From contig CAXXMR010000002.1 of assembly GCA_963663805.2 (NCBI GenBank), positions 1 through 64,000 on the forward strand: a stretch of DNA of 64,000 nt, given 5' to 3'. Position numbers and translations under genes: made by a program. Origin of the DNA: Sedimentisphaerales bacterium (GTDB lineage Bacteria; Planctomycetota; Phycisphaerae; Sedimentisphaerales; SM23-30). Shown here in pieces: positions 30,315 to 40,650 of the stretch; position 1 is the stretch's first letter, and each line of letters opens with the position of its first letter. The notes below the pieces were generated by a model. The model was not told the DNA's origin, did not search any database, and saw only the letters and a list, made by a program, of their open reading frames with translations.

Positions 30315-32300
30315 ATGGTTTTGGAAGCACAGATGAGTTCATTAGAAGATCAGTTGTCGTTATTGAGCAATCAAATCGTGGAGCTGGGCAGGTCGGATTT
30401 GACGGTTGACCAGTATTTCAGGGGGTTTCTTGACCGTGTGGTGGGTGTTTTGGGCCAGGGCGGGGCGATTTGGGAAATAAATGATTTAGGTGGGGTTACC
30501 GGGGTCTGCTATATGAATCTGGCGGCTGCGGAGATGGAGAACGGGGGCCGTCAGTACGACCTTTGTATGCGTGGTGTTACCAAGGTATTTGAGACGGGTA
30601 CCCCGATTGTTTTGGCGGGCAAGCAGCAGTCTGATGTTCACGATGGTGGTCTGGGCGAGGCGGGCGTGAATGATTCGCCTTATACACTGCTGTTTTTGCC
30701 TATCAAGGTTCTGGATGAAGTAAAAGCGGTTATGCTGCTGATAAGTCCTGAAGGTGTTGATTCTCGCGCGGTTCGCGGTTATCTGAATTATGTGGCTTCT
30801 CTGTGTGAGCGGGCTTCGGCTTTTATGCAGATTAAGCATATTGACGAGATGAACGATGAGATTCGTCGTTCGGGCCGTTTGCGGGAGTATGTCAGTGCTT
30901 TGCATTGCTGTCTGGACCCGCGTCGGGTTTGCTATGCGATGGCGAATTACAGCCAGGAGCTTCTGGGTGTTTATCGCTGTATGGCGGGGACTTTTAACAG
31001 CCGAGGCAAGTTCCGGATGGAATCGGTTTCGGGGCTGGAGTCGGTGGCGGCCAAGAGTAATTTCATTCAGAGTATCGCAACGATCGCGGAGATGGTTTGC
31101 AAGAATGATGAGGCTTTACTGGTCGAGCAGCCGGAGCTGGCGAATGACACTCGTCATGCCGAGGATGATTTGGTTACAGCGGCTCGTTTGTATATGCTGC
31201 AAGCTGAGACGCGGGTAATGGGGATATTTCCGGTTCGTCATGACGGTCTGGTGGTGGGGGCGCTGGTGGTTGAGCAGGCCAAGGATATTCCGCTGGATTC
31301 AGGTTTGCGTAAGAAGGTCGATAGTCTTTTAGCGGAGGCAGGCGGGGCTTTAGCGAACAGTCTGGCGTATCGTAATTTGCCGCTGGGGGTAATCAGTCGT
31401 CCTTTGGGAAGTCTGCGTGATAAGATTTATCGGATGGGCTGGGTTCATCGGGCGTTATGGGCGGCACTGCTGCTGGTGATTTTTGTGCTGCCGCTGGTAA
31501 TAAAGACGCAGGTTAAGGTGGTGGGGACGGCGGAATTATCGCCTTTGGAATCGCGGATAGCATATGCTTTGCAGGACGGCCAAATCGAGGTGGTTTCGAT
31601 TCCCGAAGACCGCAAGGTTGAGGCGGGCCAGGTTTTGGCTAGTCTGGACACGCGTACGATAGACAGTCAGATTGAACGGGTTACGAATCAAATAGCCGAA
31701 ACAAGTATCGCTTTGGAAGCGGCCAAGCAGCGGCCGGGCCAATCGGCTCAGGCGGCGCAGATGGGTCATCGACTGGAGGCTTTGCGAGCTGAGCTGTCGA
31801 TGTATGGCCAGATGCGTCTGGAGCATCAGATAACGGCCCCGGTTGCGGGTATGGTTATTACTCGTGAGAGCAAAGTTCGTCAGTTGTGGTCGCGTCCGGT
31901 GCAGCGGGGGGAGGCGATTCTGGAGGTTGTGCCGGCAGAACCGCAATGGGAACTGGTGGTTAATATTCCCGAAACGCAGGCGGGTGAGCTTTTGCGGGCT
32001 TATGATAAATTGGAGCCGGGCCAGCGTTTGCGGGCTCGCATGATTCTGAATGCTTATCCGGGCCGGAAATTGTATTCGGAAGTTCTTTCGGTGAGTCGTC
32101 GGGCTCATGTCCAGAATACAGGCCAGAATGAATTTCGTAATGTAATTGAGGTTCATGTAGCGGCACCGGCAGAGCTTGAGGAAGTGGTTGATGCTCGTGA
32201 AGGTTTGGAGGGCAAGGTCGCGATCGAGTGCGGCGAGCACAATTTGTGGTACGCGGTGACGCATGAGTTCGCCGATTTCATGCGGGTGGTAATGTTTTGA
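30315..32300 (+). CDS. GAF-domain plus HlyD-type membrane fusion protein
   Basis: Two GAF-like segments, one TM helix, lipoyl-like halves (DGQIEVV..VEAGQVLA; ITAPVAGMV) around a coiled coil. Confidence 0.8.
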   Translation: MVLEAQMSSLEDQLSLLSNQIVELGRSDLTVDQYFRGFLDRVVGVLGQGGAIWEINDLGGVTGVCYMNLAAAEMENGGRQYDLCMRGVTKVFETGTPIVLAGKQQSDVHDGGLGEAGVNDSPYTLLFLPIKVLDEVKAVMLLISPEGVDSRAVRGYLNYVASLCERASAFMQIKHIDEMNDEIRRSGRLREYVSALHCCLDPRRVCYAMANYSQELLGVYRCMAGTFNSRGKFRMESVSGLESVAAKSNFIQSIATIAEMVCKNDEALLVEQPELANDTRHAEDDLVTAARLYMLQAETRVMGIFPVRHDGLVVGALVVEQAKDIPLDSGLRKKVDSLLAEAGGALANSLAYRNLPLGVISRPLGSLRDKIYRMGWVHRALWAALLLVIFVLPLVIKTQVKVVGTAELSPLESRIAYALQDGQIEVVSIPEDRKVEAGQVLASLDTRTIDSQIERVTNQIAETSIALEAAKQRPGQSAQAAQMGHRLEALRAELSMYGQMRLEHQITAPVAGMVITRESKVRQLWSRPVQRGEAILEVVPAEPQWELVVNIPETQAGELLRAYDKLEPGQRLRARMILNAYPGRKLYSEVLSVSRRAHVQNTGQNEFRNVIEVHVAAPAELEEVVDAREGLEGKVAIECGEHNLWYAVTHEFADFMRVVMF

Positions 32301-32326
32301 TTCACAAATTGGAAGGATCTGATTTT

Positions 32327-33253
32327 ATGAAGATGGTTCGAGAGTTATTAGGGGTGCTGGTTATTTGGGGCTTGCTTTTCTGGGCAGGCGTAGCTGGCGG
32401 CCAGGTTAGCGGTTATGGCCTGGGTAGCCAGGATGATTATCCTTCGTTTCTGGAGGCTGAGCAAATCGCGGTGCTGAGTTCGGCGGTTGATGGCATTGTC
32501 AGCGACGTGAATTATGTTCCGCAGGATTTTGTCAAGGCCGGCGCGGTTATCATCCAGCAGGATACGCAGGAAATGGAGCTGAAGATTGCCGGTACGGAGG
32601 TTCGCCTGGCTGATGATACGACCGTTGGCAAGGCTGAAGTTCGTCTGGAATATTCCAGTGAGAATCTGGAAATCGTCAAGAAGCTCTATGAAACTCATGT
32701 CGGCGAGATGCGGGTGGGGACCAAGAAGGAATTCCAGGAAGCTCGTCAGGCGAAGATGCTGGCGGAGCTGGATTTGCAGCAGGCAAAGCTGGAAAAGAAA
32801 CTGTTGGAATATGATTTGGCGTTCAGCAAAAAGATTCTGGAAAAGCACAGCGTAGTCAGTCCCTTTGATGGGGTGATTGTGGAATTTTCGAGTGTTCGCA
32901 CTTTGGAAGATCGGGGTTTGAAGAAAGTCGCGGTTGGCGAGATGCTGCGAGCCGGTCAGCTGGTGGCGGCGGTGATGAAGGTTGAACGTTTGCGGGTATC
33001 GACTGATTTGCCGGTCGAGATGCTGGACTCAATCAAGCTTGGACAGAAGGCCCAGGTTTATGTGCAGGGAAGCGAAGAGCCGGTTGACGCGATGGTGGTA
33101 TATAAGAGTCCGACGGCTAATTCCGCGACGATGCAGTTTCGGATAGAGGTTGAGTTGGCTAATATTCCGGTGGTCGGCGGGGATGTGGGCAAGGGGGCTT
33201 ATATTTATAAGTTTCGGCCCGGCCTGCGGGCTCGGATAGAGCTGACTCAATAG
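32327..33253 (+). CDS. Periplasmic adaptor (membrane fusion) protein
   Basis: Signal peptide; VDGIVSDV..DFVKAGAVI, VVSPFDGVIV, FRPGLRARI. Confidence 0.85.
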   Translation: MKMVRELLGVLVIWGLLFWAGVAGGQVSGYGLGSQDDYPSFLEAEQIAVLSSAVDGIVSDVNYVPQDFVKAGAVIIQQDTQEMELKIAGTEVRLADDTTVGKAEVRLEYSSENLEIVKKLYETHVGEMRVGTKKEFQEARQAKMLAELDLQQAKLEKKLLEYDLAFSKKILEKHSVVSPFDGVIVEFSSVRTLEDRGLKKVAVGEMLRAGQLVAAVMKVERLRVSTDLPVEMLDSIKLGQKAQVYVQGSEEPVDAMVVYKSPTANSATMQFRIEVELANIPVVGGDVGKGAYIYKFRPGLRARIELTQ

Positions 33254-33285
33254 TTTTTCTAATTGACCAGCAGTATAGGTGTACG

Positions 33286-35499
33286 GTGAGCGGTTATAAA
33301 GATAGTGAATTGCATCCCGAAGATCAGGCCTTGCCGCGTTTGCGCCCTGAGCTGAAGGTGAGTGAGCATATCTATGATGGTCAGCCTTTCTGGGTATTGA
33401 AAGACCCGATTGGGCTGCGTTATTACCGTTTCAATCGTGAAGAATATTTCATCGTCGACCAGTTGGGCAAAGGCACGACGCTACGTAAACTCAAAGAAAC
33501 GCACCGCAAGGAGTTCGGCAGTGATATTCTGCAGAACGCCGAGATTTCGACCTTTGTCACGGACCTGGCAACACGTAATCTTTTGGTGATGGGCCAGGAT
33601 AATCGCGATGAGCTTTTGTATGACTGGTCGGAAAAGCGGCGGAAGATGAAGCTCAAGGGGCAGATGACCAGCCTGATGTACATCAAGTTTCCTCTGATTG
33701 ACCCGGATAAGATTCTGGACCGGATGATGCCTTATATCAGTTTCATCTGGACGTGGAGTTTTTTACTGTTCTTCACGTGCTTTGTGGGATTGGGCATTTG
33801 GTTAGTATTGGACCGCTGGGGAGATTTCGCGGAGATGACGCGAACGGGCCTGCTGACGATTTATAATGTGCCGGTGATATTTGCGTCATTGTGGCTGATT
33901 AAATGTCTGCACGAGTTCGGCCACGGCCTGACATGTAAGAAATTTGGCGGCGAGGTCCATGAGATTGGCATAATGTTTCTGGTGTTCGCGCCGTTTCTGT
34001 ATTGTAATGTGACGGACTCGTGGAGTTTTCCCAGTAAGGCTCATCGTCTGCTGGTTACAGCTGGCGGAGTTCTGACGGAGATTCTGGTGGCTTGTGTCGC
34101 TTGTGTGGTGTGGTATTTCACCGAGCAGCCGAGCTTTATCCATACATTGGCGTTTAATCTGATTATTGTGGGTTCATTTTCGACGATAATGTTCAATATG
34201 AATCCGCTGCTGCGATTCGATGGTTATTATTTCATGATGGATTTGATTGAGGTGCCGAATCTGCGGCAGCGTTCATCGGAATATCTGGGCAGTTTGTTTG
34301 TTCGTCTGCTGGGCGGCAGGACCGAGAGTCTGCCGGAGGACCATAAGTATCGCATGGTGTTTCCGATGTATTCCACTTTGGCGTTTATATATCGCTGGTT
34401 TATTGTATTCAGTATCTTGGGAATTGTTTATCATATGCTTGAACAGGTACATCTGGTATGGCTCGGACGGATATTGCTGGTGGGGCTGGGCGGCATGATG
34501 CTGTTACTGCCGCTTTATAAGACCGCGAACAAGGTTATCCGTCGGCGGCGGGCTTACGCTTTTTCGACGGCTCGTCTGACGATATTCATGGCGTTGATAG
34601 TCGCTCTGATCGGCGTGATTTTGTTCATGCCGCTGGAGCAGGAAGTGACGCTGCCTTTCATCCTGGAGCCGGAGCAGATACAATATTTACGCAGCGAAGT
34701 GCCGGGCAATCTGACCTGGTGCAGCGGGGTGACCGAAGGCCTTTGGGTTAGCCCGGATGATGCTTCGGGCGGAGTGGTCGCCGGTCTTGATAATATCAAG
34801 CTGGCTTATGAGCGGACAGCCCTGGATGCCTCAATCGCTCAGACGGAGATAGACATCAAACGCTATCAGCAGCAGGGTTTGACGACGCTGGTGGAGCAGT
34901 ATCGCGAGCGGTTGGGTGCTGCGCGTCGGGAACGCACGCGTTTGGGTGAGCTTCAGGAGGCCTTAAAGCCGCGGGTGGAGTTTCGGGGGGAGATTCTTTC
35001 CGATACGCGGAGCCTGAAGAAGGGGCAGGGGCGTTTTGTCAATATTGGTGAGCCGCTGCTGCTGTTGGCCGATACGCGTAAGATGGCGGCCAAGGTCTGG
35101 GTGCCCGAGTCGATGCTGGGCCGAATCTTCCATCAGCCGAATCAATATGGCCAGGCCGCCGAGCTGATGCTTTACGCTTTCAGTAAAGATAAATTTACCG
35201 GCGAGGTCGTCTCGCTGGGCCAACATGCCGAAGATGACATGGGTGAGTTCGGCGAGAAGATGGCCCTGAGCAATAAGGTCGGCGGTGAGGTTCTCACCGA
35301 GCGTGACCAGGAGCTGGGGCGCGAGCGCCCGCAGGAAGCGGTCTATGAAGTGGTCATCAGACTCAACCAGGAATCCCTGCCGGATTCCGCCCGGGCCTAT
35401 ATGTCCGGCCGGGTACACATCGCTTGCGGCGAAAGCACGCTCTATAGCTGGTTCCGCGATTCCGTGCTGCGGTTTATCTCACCCGAGGTCAGACTATAG
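33286..35499 (+). CDS. M50 (site-2) metalloprotease fused to an HlyD-type adaptor, with a PqqD-like N-terminus
   Basis: WVLKDPIGLRYYRF N-terminus; HEFGH and NMNPLLRFDGYY zinc motifs; C-terminal adaptor-like region. Confidence 0.85.
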   Translation: MSGYKDSELHPEDQALPRLRPELKVSEHIYDGQPFWVLKDPIGLRYYRFNREEYFIVDQLGKGTTLRKLKETHRKEFGSDILQNAEISTFVTDLATRNLLVMGQDNRDELLYDWSEKRRKMKLKGQMTSLMYIKFPLIDPDKILDRMMPYISFIWTWSFLLFFTCFVGLGIWLVLDRWGDFAEMTRTGLLTIYNVPVIFASLWLIKCLHEFGHGLTCKKFGGEVHEIGIMFLVFAPFLYCNVTDSWSFPSKAHRLLVTAGGVLTEILVACVACVVWYFTEQPSFIHTLAFNLIIVGSFSTIMFNMNPLLRFDGYYFMMDLIEVPNLRQRSSEYLGSLFVRLLGGRTESLPEDHKYRMVFPMYSTLAFIYRWFIVFSILGIVYHMLEQVHLVWLGRILLVGLGGMMLLLPLYKTANKVIRRRRAYAFSTARLTIFMALIVALIGVILFMPLEQEVTLPFILEPEQIQYLRSEVPGNLTWCSGVTEGLWVSPDDASGGVVAGLDNIKLAYERTALDASIAQTEIDIKRYQQQGLTTLVEQYRERLGAARRERTRLGELQEALKPRVEFRGEILSDTRSLKKGQGRFVNIGEPLLLLADTRKMAAKVWVPESMLGRIFHQPNQYGQAAELMLYAFSKDKFTGEVVSLGQHAEDDMGEFGEKMALSNKVGGEVLTERDQELGRERPQEAVYEVVIRLNQESLPDSARAYMSGRVHIACGESTLYSWFRDSVLRFISPEVRL

Positions 35500-35660
35500 T
35501 CTTACCCGGTCCGTAATCATCCGTTGCGGGTCTAACGGGCGAGTTTGCCGGTTAACAATGAGGCGGGGGAGACTGTCCGCGGGGTGTTCATTGTTTGATT
35601 CCCTCTTTCGTAGATTTACATCAGAGCAAAGTAAATTTACTTGAGAGCAAATCAAACCGG

Positions 35661-35850
35661 AATCACTCTGTTTCAGCGTGAATCGGCGTATTTCAGGCTG
35701 CATCAGGCCGTTTCAGCCTGAATCAGAGCGTTTCACGCTGAATCACGACGTTTCAGCGTGCATCAGAGCATTTCAGCCTGAATCAGGCCGTTTCACGCTG
35801 AATCACGCCATTTCAGCCTGAATCACGATGATTCACGCTGAATCAGAGCG
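35661..35850. repeat. Tandem array of about 9.5 copies of a 20-bp unit (10-bp sub-period)
   Basis: Units begin at 35671, 35691 ... 35831, consensus approximately TTTCASSSTGMATCASNNNN. Confidence 0.9.
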
Positions 35851-36433
35851 ATGCCGCTTAACTCTTATCCTGCGAAAACTTGATATCAGTATTAGTAAAG
35901 CCGATTCGGCCAAAATCAGGTCTGAATAATGTTTTTTGACACTGGAAGGCAGAAGTAAACGGCTCGGTGCTGCCTTTGGCAGATTTATTTATAGACTGGT
36001 CTCCATCACCTCACGGTTTTGGTTTTCGAATGTGAGAAACTGCGGCTCAGGCTTTCGGCTCGCCGGTTTCCCCCCGGGCCGATGCCCGTTCGACAGGCCC
36101 GGCGGATGACAACACTGCTGATGTACGAAAGATGATAAGTAAAAATATCAGCCGAACGGCTTTAATAAGGTTTCCACTGGACAGAGGCCAAACCCTCACT
36201 CTTGCCTTATGCCTTTCTCAAACAGGATCGAAAAAAACGCAAAAGGATGCCCCGCCCAGCGTCAGCCGGGGGGAAACCGGCGAGACATCGCTCCGAGCTG
36301 GATTAACTGTTCAACAAAAAACAACAAACCCGAGGTGGTGGGGCTCAGTCGGTTTGTATTATTCAATGTTACAGAGTACCGGAAACCGTTCCTATGCGTG
36401 ACAGAATGGACAGGATTTATGAGATACTAGGGG

Positions 36434-36471
36434 GACAGCGGAAGCCGACACTGGGTCCGACCTCCGCTGTC
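36434..36471. terminator. Hairpin just downstream of the RCC1 gene
   Basis: GACAGCGGA...TCCGCTGTC stem; no clear U-tract. Confidence 0.4.
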
Positions 36472-36482
36472 AAACATTACTG

Positions 36483-39400
36483 TCAATCTTTGGATTCTGA
36501 CAGGAACGCTTGGGATAGTTCTGTCTTCCATTCTGTCAGGAGTTCATCGAGCCAGTCGTAGAGCATTTGCAGGGATTTCTTATACTGTTCTTCGGTGATA
36601 TCCTTCTGGAAGTCGGGGTTGGTTAGCCAGTCGTTTTCTATAATATCGATTATGTCCTCGACCATGATAAGGGTTTCGTAGGCTGTGTATTCCCGTTCTG
36701 GTTGCTCCTTCTGCCATTTGGCCTGGCGGTTGGATTCGATTTGGGCATCTGTCAGGATGGTTGCTTCGGGGACTGTCATGGTTCGCATCATGGCGACGGC
36801 GGCGGAGTCGGAATCGTACCAGCAGGCTTGCCAGAGCCAATAGCCGAAATCTTCATCGTTGGTTGAATCTACGAAAATCATTAAGTCATCGAGGTCGATG
36901 TACTGGTCATTGTCGAGGTCGCAGCGGGTGTCGTAGTTTTCGTTGGGGTCGTTATTAGTGGCGGGATCGTAATTATGCCACGCCTTCTCGAACAGGGCAA
37001 ACTCCTTGAGGTTTACCACGCCATCGGCGTTATAATCTAATGTACAGCTTATGCCGGAAGTACAACCGTAATATTCATCGGCTCCCATATCTACATAAGT
37101 ACCGTTAATACGGTCTTCATTGTCGATGTCGGTTTCGCCGGTTATTACGTTCGTGTTGTCACCTTCATCAATACAAGGGGAATCGGCGGAAAGATGGAAG
37201 TTGCCGAGAGTTTCATCAGTATAGGCGAAACAGGGGTCGCAGAAGATATTGGTGGGGTTATTGGGGTCAGTGTCGCCGCAAGTCAGAGTTGGGTGATTAT
37301 AGCAGCTATAGATGGGAATACAGCCGCCGTCGTATTGAATGCCTGCTGAGTTGTTGTCCCACAGAATATTATTGGTGGCGTCAAGGTTTGTGGTAGAGCC
37401 GTTAATGGCTTTGCCGGTGTTGTAAACAATAGTGCAGTTGCGGACTTCGGAGCCGGTGGAACAGGCAGTCAGACTTAAACCTGTGCCGCCGTTCAGGTGT
37501 ATCCAGCAATTTGTGACCGAGAGGATATCCGCATAACCGCTTATGCCGCTGCCGTTATTATCGCAAATGATGGTGTGGTCGATAGCCAAATCACTATTGG
37601 TGCTAAAGCTTATGCCGTGGCCGGTATTATCGGTTATGCGACAATTGCTGACAGTCAGTTCGGTACTGGTGCCGCAAGTGACGGCGTTACCGTAAGCGCT
37701 GGTCAGGATGAAGCCGTCGATAACTACGCCGGTGGTCGAATTGTTGAGATTGATAATGGTTGAACAAGTGCTGTTGCCGCTCAGGTATGTTTTATTGCGG
37801 GCGGGCTTGTGTTCGGAGAGGGTGGTTTCGGTGCCTGTGAAACCGCCATAGATTTCCACGCCGGCGGGGATAGTGAATTTATCGGTTGATAGTGTCCCCG
37901 GTATATAAGTACCGGCGGCAACCCAGATTTCATCGCCGCAATTGTTATTGGTACGAGTGACAGCTTCCTGTAAGGTATTGTAGGCGTTGGCCCAACTGGT
38001 GCCATTGTTATAGCCGGTGGCATGAGAGGAAACATAAATTACATCACCGCCGAAACAGCATACATCGAAAGAGGTTTCATCCTGAATGTAGTAATAGTCA
38101 GAGAGTATATCCACGGTGCTGTATAAAGTTTCCAGAGGAGTGACGGCGTTACTAACAGTGGCGGTTATGGAATAACTGGCGGGGGTGCCGGGGCTAACGG
38201 TCACGTTTTCCCAAATGTAGCAGTATTCGGTTTCATCCAGATAGCCGGTGGCGAGACTAGCGGAACCAAAGATAAGACTGTCGGGTATATATAGAATAAC
38301 GTCAGCGTTGATGGCGGTGGTGCCGTTAGGGTCAAGCGTAGCGGTTAGAGTTATGGAATCGTCAGGCGAAACGCAATCACCCTGATGGGTGGCGGTAAGC
38401 GAGAGAGTGAAATCATACCCAGCGTTGGCGCAAGTCATTTTGGCGGGAGCAGTCAATACACCTCCAGAGGTGCCGATACCAAGTTTGCCAAGGGAGTTAC
38501 TTCCCCAGCCGAAGATTTCGCCGGTATCCTCTATCGCCAGTTGATGAGTGTAACCATCGTCGATAGCGGTGATGTGTTCGAGATAGCCGGAGTAGCTTGA
38601 CTGTTCGCCAGCAGGAACAATTGTCGGGGCGGTTGGCGTAGCAGTGCCGGTCCATTGCCAGACGAAACCATTCTCATCGAGAGCGAGATTATGGCTTGAT
38701 CCGGCACCAATAGCGACAATGTTTTCAAGATAGGTTGTCCCCATTTCGCCGCCGGACACCTTGGCGGGATAACCAGTGGTCCACTGCCAGACATTACCGT
38801 TTTCGTCAAGAGCCAACGAATGAGAACAAGAGGCGATTTCGATGATGCCTTCAAGATATTCAACACCGTTTTCGCCGGGAACTTTAATGGCGTAAAGACT
38901 GCTGTTGTTGACGCCCCATTCCCAAACGTTATCGTTAGCATCACGAGCGATGGAATGACCAACCCCGGCGTCAACTTCAACAATGTCGAAACCAGTGTCG
39001 TGGCCGAGGTAGGTTGTCGCGGAGGTTTTTACTTTGACGGGCGTTTCAACGTCAGCACCAGAAGTATCGTTGCCACATTGACCGTGAGCGTTATATCCCC
39101 AGCCGTAAGTATATTCGCCTTCGGAAGCGAGAGAGTGCAAACCGCTACGACCTGCGGAAACGCAGGTTATATCTTCAAGAATTGCGTTTGGGTCGGTGCT
39201 TTGTTCACCGGCATGGACAGCGACAGGAACAAGCATATTGCCGGTAGTATCACCATTGCCGATTTGCCCCTGATCATCCCCGCCCCAGGCCCAGACATTG
39301 CCGTTAATATCATCTACTGCTAAAGAATGTCGCCATCCGGCATCGACAGCAACGATATCTTCAAGAAAACTTGAGGTTGTATTCATCTCACCACAAAAAC

Positions 39401-39623
39401 TTTGGATCAGATTGTACTCGCTATACGTATCATTATTACCAAGTTGGCCGTAACTATTTCCTCCGCAAGCCCAAACAGTATTATTCTCCATTAACACAAG
39501 TGTATGGTATTCGCCCCCGGAGATCGCTGTAGCCCTGATACAAGTCTCGTCAGCATTTACAATTGCAGTGAAAGTAGCAATAACCACCAAAATAACAACT
39601 AAAGCCTTTTTTGCGCGCAACAT
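36483..39623 (-). CDS. Secreted multidomain protein: RCC1 repeats, Ig/DUF11-like domain, right-handed beta-helix, dockerin/EF-hand-like repeats
   Basis: Signal peptide MLRAKKALVV; repeated AG..HSLA..GNVWAWG..GQ; GTSWANAY; FHLSADSPCID.G..DMGADE; DYNADGVVN and DLDNDQYID. Confidence 0.85.
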   Translation of the reverse strand: MLRAKKALVVILVVIATFTAIVNADETCIRATAISGGEYHTLVLMENNTVWACGGNSYGQLGNNDTYSEYNLIQSFCGEMNTTSSFLEDIVAVDAGWRHSLAVDDINGNVWAWGGDDQGQIGNGDTTGNMLVPVAVHAGEQSTDPNAILEDITCVSAGRSGLHSLASEGEYTYGWGYNAHGQCGNDTSGADVETPVKVKTSATTYLGHDTGFDIVEVDAGVGHSIARDANDNVWEWGVNNSSLYAIKVPGENGVEYLEGIIEIASCSHSLALDENGNVWQWTTGYPAKVSGGEMGTTYLENIVAIGAGSSHNLALDENGFVWQWTGTATPTAPTIVPAGEQSSYSGYLEHITAIDDGYTHQLAIEDTGEIFGWGSNSLGKLGIGTSGGVLTAPAKMTCANAGYDFTLSLTATHQGDCVSPDDSITLTATLDPNGTTAINADVILYIPDSLIFGSASLATGYLDETEYCYIWENVTVSPGTPASYSITATVSNAVTPLETLYSTVDILSDYYYIQDETSFDVCCFGGDVIYVSSHATGYNNGTSWANAYNTLQEAVTRTNNNCGDEIWVAAGTYIPGTLSTDKFTIPAGVEIYGGFTGTETTLSEHKPARNKTYLSGNSTCSTIINLNNSTTGVVIDGFILTSAYGNAVTCGTSTELTVSNCRITDNTGHGISFSTNSDLAIDHTIICDNNGSGISGYADILSVTNCWIHLNGGTGLSLTACSTGSEVRNCTIVYNTGKAINGSTTNLDATNNILWDNNSAGIQYDGGCIPIYSCYNHPTLTCGDTDPNNPTNIFCDPCFAYTDETLGNFHLSADSPCIDEGDNTNVITGETDIDNEDRINGTYVDMGADEYYGCTSGISCTLDYNADGVVNLKEFALFEKAWHNYDPATNNDPNENYDTRCDLDNDQYIDLDDLMIFVDSTNDEDFGYWLWQACWYDSDSAAVAMMRTMTVPEATILTDAQIESNRQAKWQKEQPEREYTAYETLIMVEDIIDIIENDWLTNPDFQKDITEEQYKKSLQMLYDWLDELLTEWKTELSQAFLSESKD

Positions 39624-39662
39624 CTCTGTTTTCTCCTTTCGCAAGGTTAGAATAGTAAAAAA

Positions 39663-40304
39663 CTATGAAAAATGACGTCTACTGAGTGTCAGAATACCGC
39701 CTAATATCAGCAAGCTCATAGACATTGGTTCAGGCACTAAAGTTGCTGAGGTTACCTCTATATCAATGTAAAAGCTATTGTCGTAATCACCAATTTTTTC
39801 GCTGGTAATTTGAAACTGATTACGATCTGGCCAAGATAAAAGATTTGGAGCATCGGTAGGTAACTCCATATTTGATATTGCCGAGCCGCTATTATTCCCT
39901 AGCTGCCAAGTTATAGATTCAATACCCATTTCATTGTCTAAAGGTAGCACATTCAAAGCAGATAGTGAGTAAGAATCACGACCGTTACCAAGATAATCAT
40001 TTGTGATTGAAAAACTTAGCCACGGGTCGGTCTGAAATACAATACCGTTAATATTCAACATCATTTTGCAAAGAGAATTGGTGCAAACATAAGTTGTGGT
40101 ATAAGTTCCTGCGGAATATGGTTCTGTTTCTGAATCATAAGTGTAGCTTCCCGTCATAGTGCTACCAACAGCAATTTCACCGTTCAGAAGATTTGCTGAA
40201 TCATCAACCGAAGTTACAGTCCCAGAAATAGCGATTGTTATCATTTCAGCGGACGCAAAGCTGGATAACAAAAGCAAGTAAGCAAGCGTTAAATTACTTT
40301 TCAT
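39663..40304 (-). CDS. PEP-CTERM sorting-domain protein, paralog 1
   Basis: Signal peptide; C-terminal VPEPMSMSLLILGGILTLSRR; GGAGG RBS. Confidence 0.9.
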   Translation of the reverse strand: MKSNLTLAYLLLLSSFASAEMITIAISGTVTSVDDSANLLNGEIAVGSTMTGSYTYDSETEPYSAGTYTTTYVCTNSLCKMMLNINGIVFQTDPWLSFSITNDYLGNGRDSYSLSALNVLPLDNEMGIESITWQLGNNSGSAISNMELPTDAPNLLSWPDRNQFQITSEKIGDYDNSFYIDIEVTSATLVPEPMSMSLLILGGILTLSRRHFS

Positions 40305-40387
40305 ACTAAATCCTCCATAAAAAGTGATTGTTATATCCCTATTTTTATTATACGCGATGTCCAGTCTGATCGACGACCCTATTTTTC

Positions 40388-40560
40388 AAAAAAAAGAGGG
40401 GCCGCTACGATTATGCTCGTCCTAGGCTCGCGAAAGCCCCAACAAGGACATAAAAGCAACGGCGCCCTTGTATCAAATACAAAGGGCACCGAGCCTTCCA
40501 TGTCGCCTTGTTGTCACAAATTTCGCGATTTAGGACGAAGCGAATGAAATCTCGATGATC
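40388..40560 (-). ncRNA. Unrecognised structured RNA, copy A1 (in the leader of PEP-CTERM 1)
   Basis: Stems TCGTCCTA/TAGGACGA, TCGCGAAA/TTTCGCGA, CAACAAGG/CCTTGTTG and GGTGCCCTT/AAGGGCGCC; followed by a U-tract. Confidence 0.7.
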
Positions 40561-40650
40561 TCAGTTATTCAATTGTTACATAGCACACATTCTGCCTAAA
40601 TTAACGCTCCTAAAAACAAAAACCACTTCCCTGATCTTACGACTTCCTGT

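Noticed and set aside
35661..35850. CRISPR array
   Set aside because: The units are contiguous 20-mers without unique spacers, and there are no cas genes in the window.
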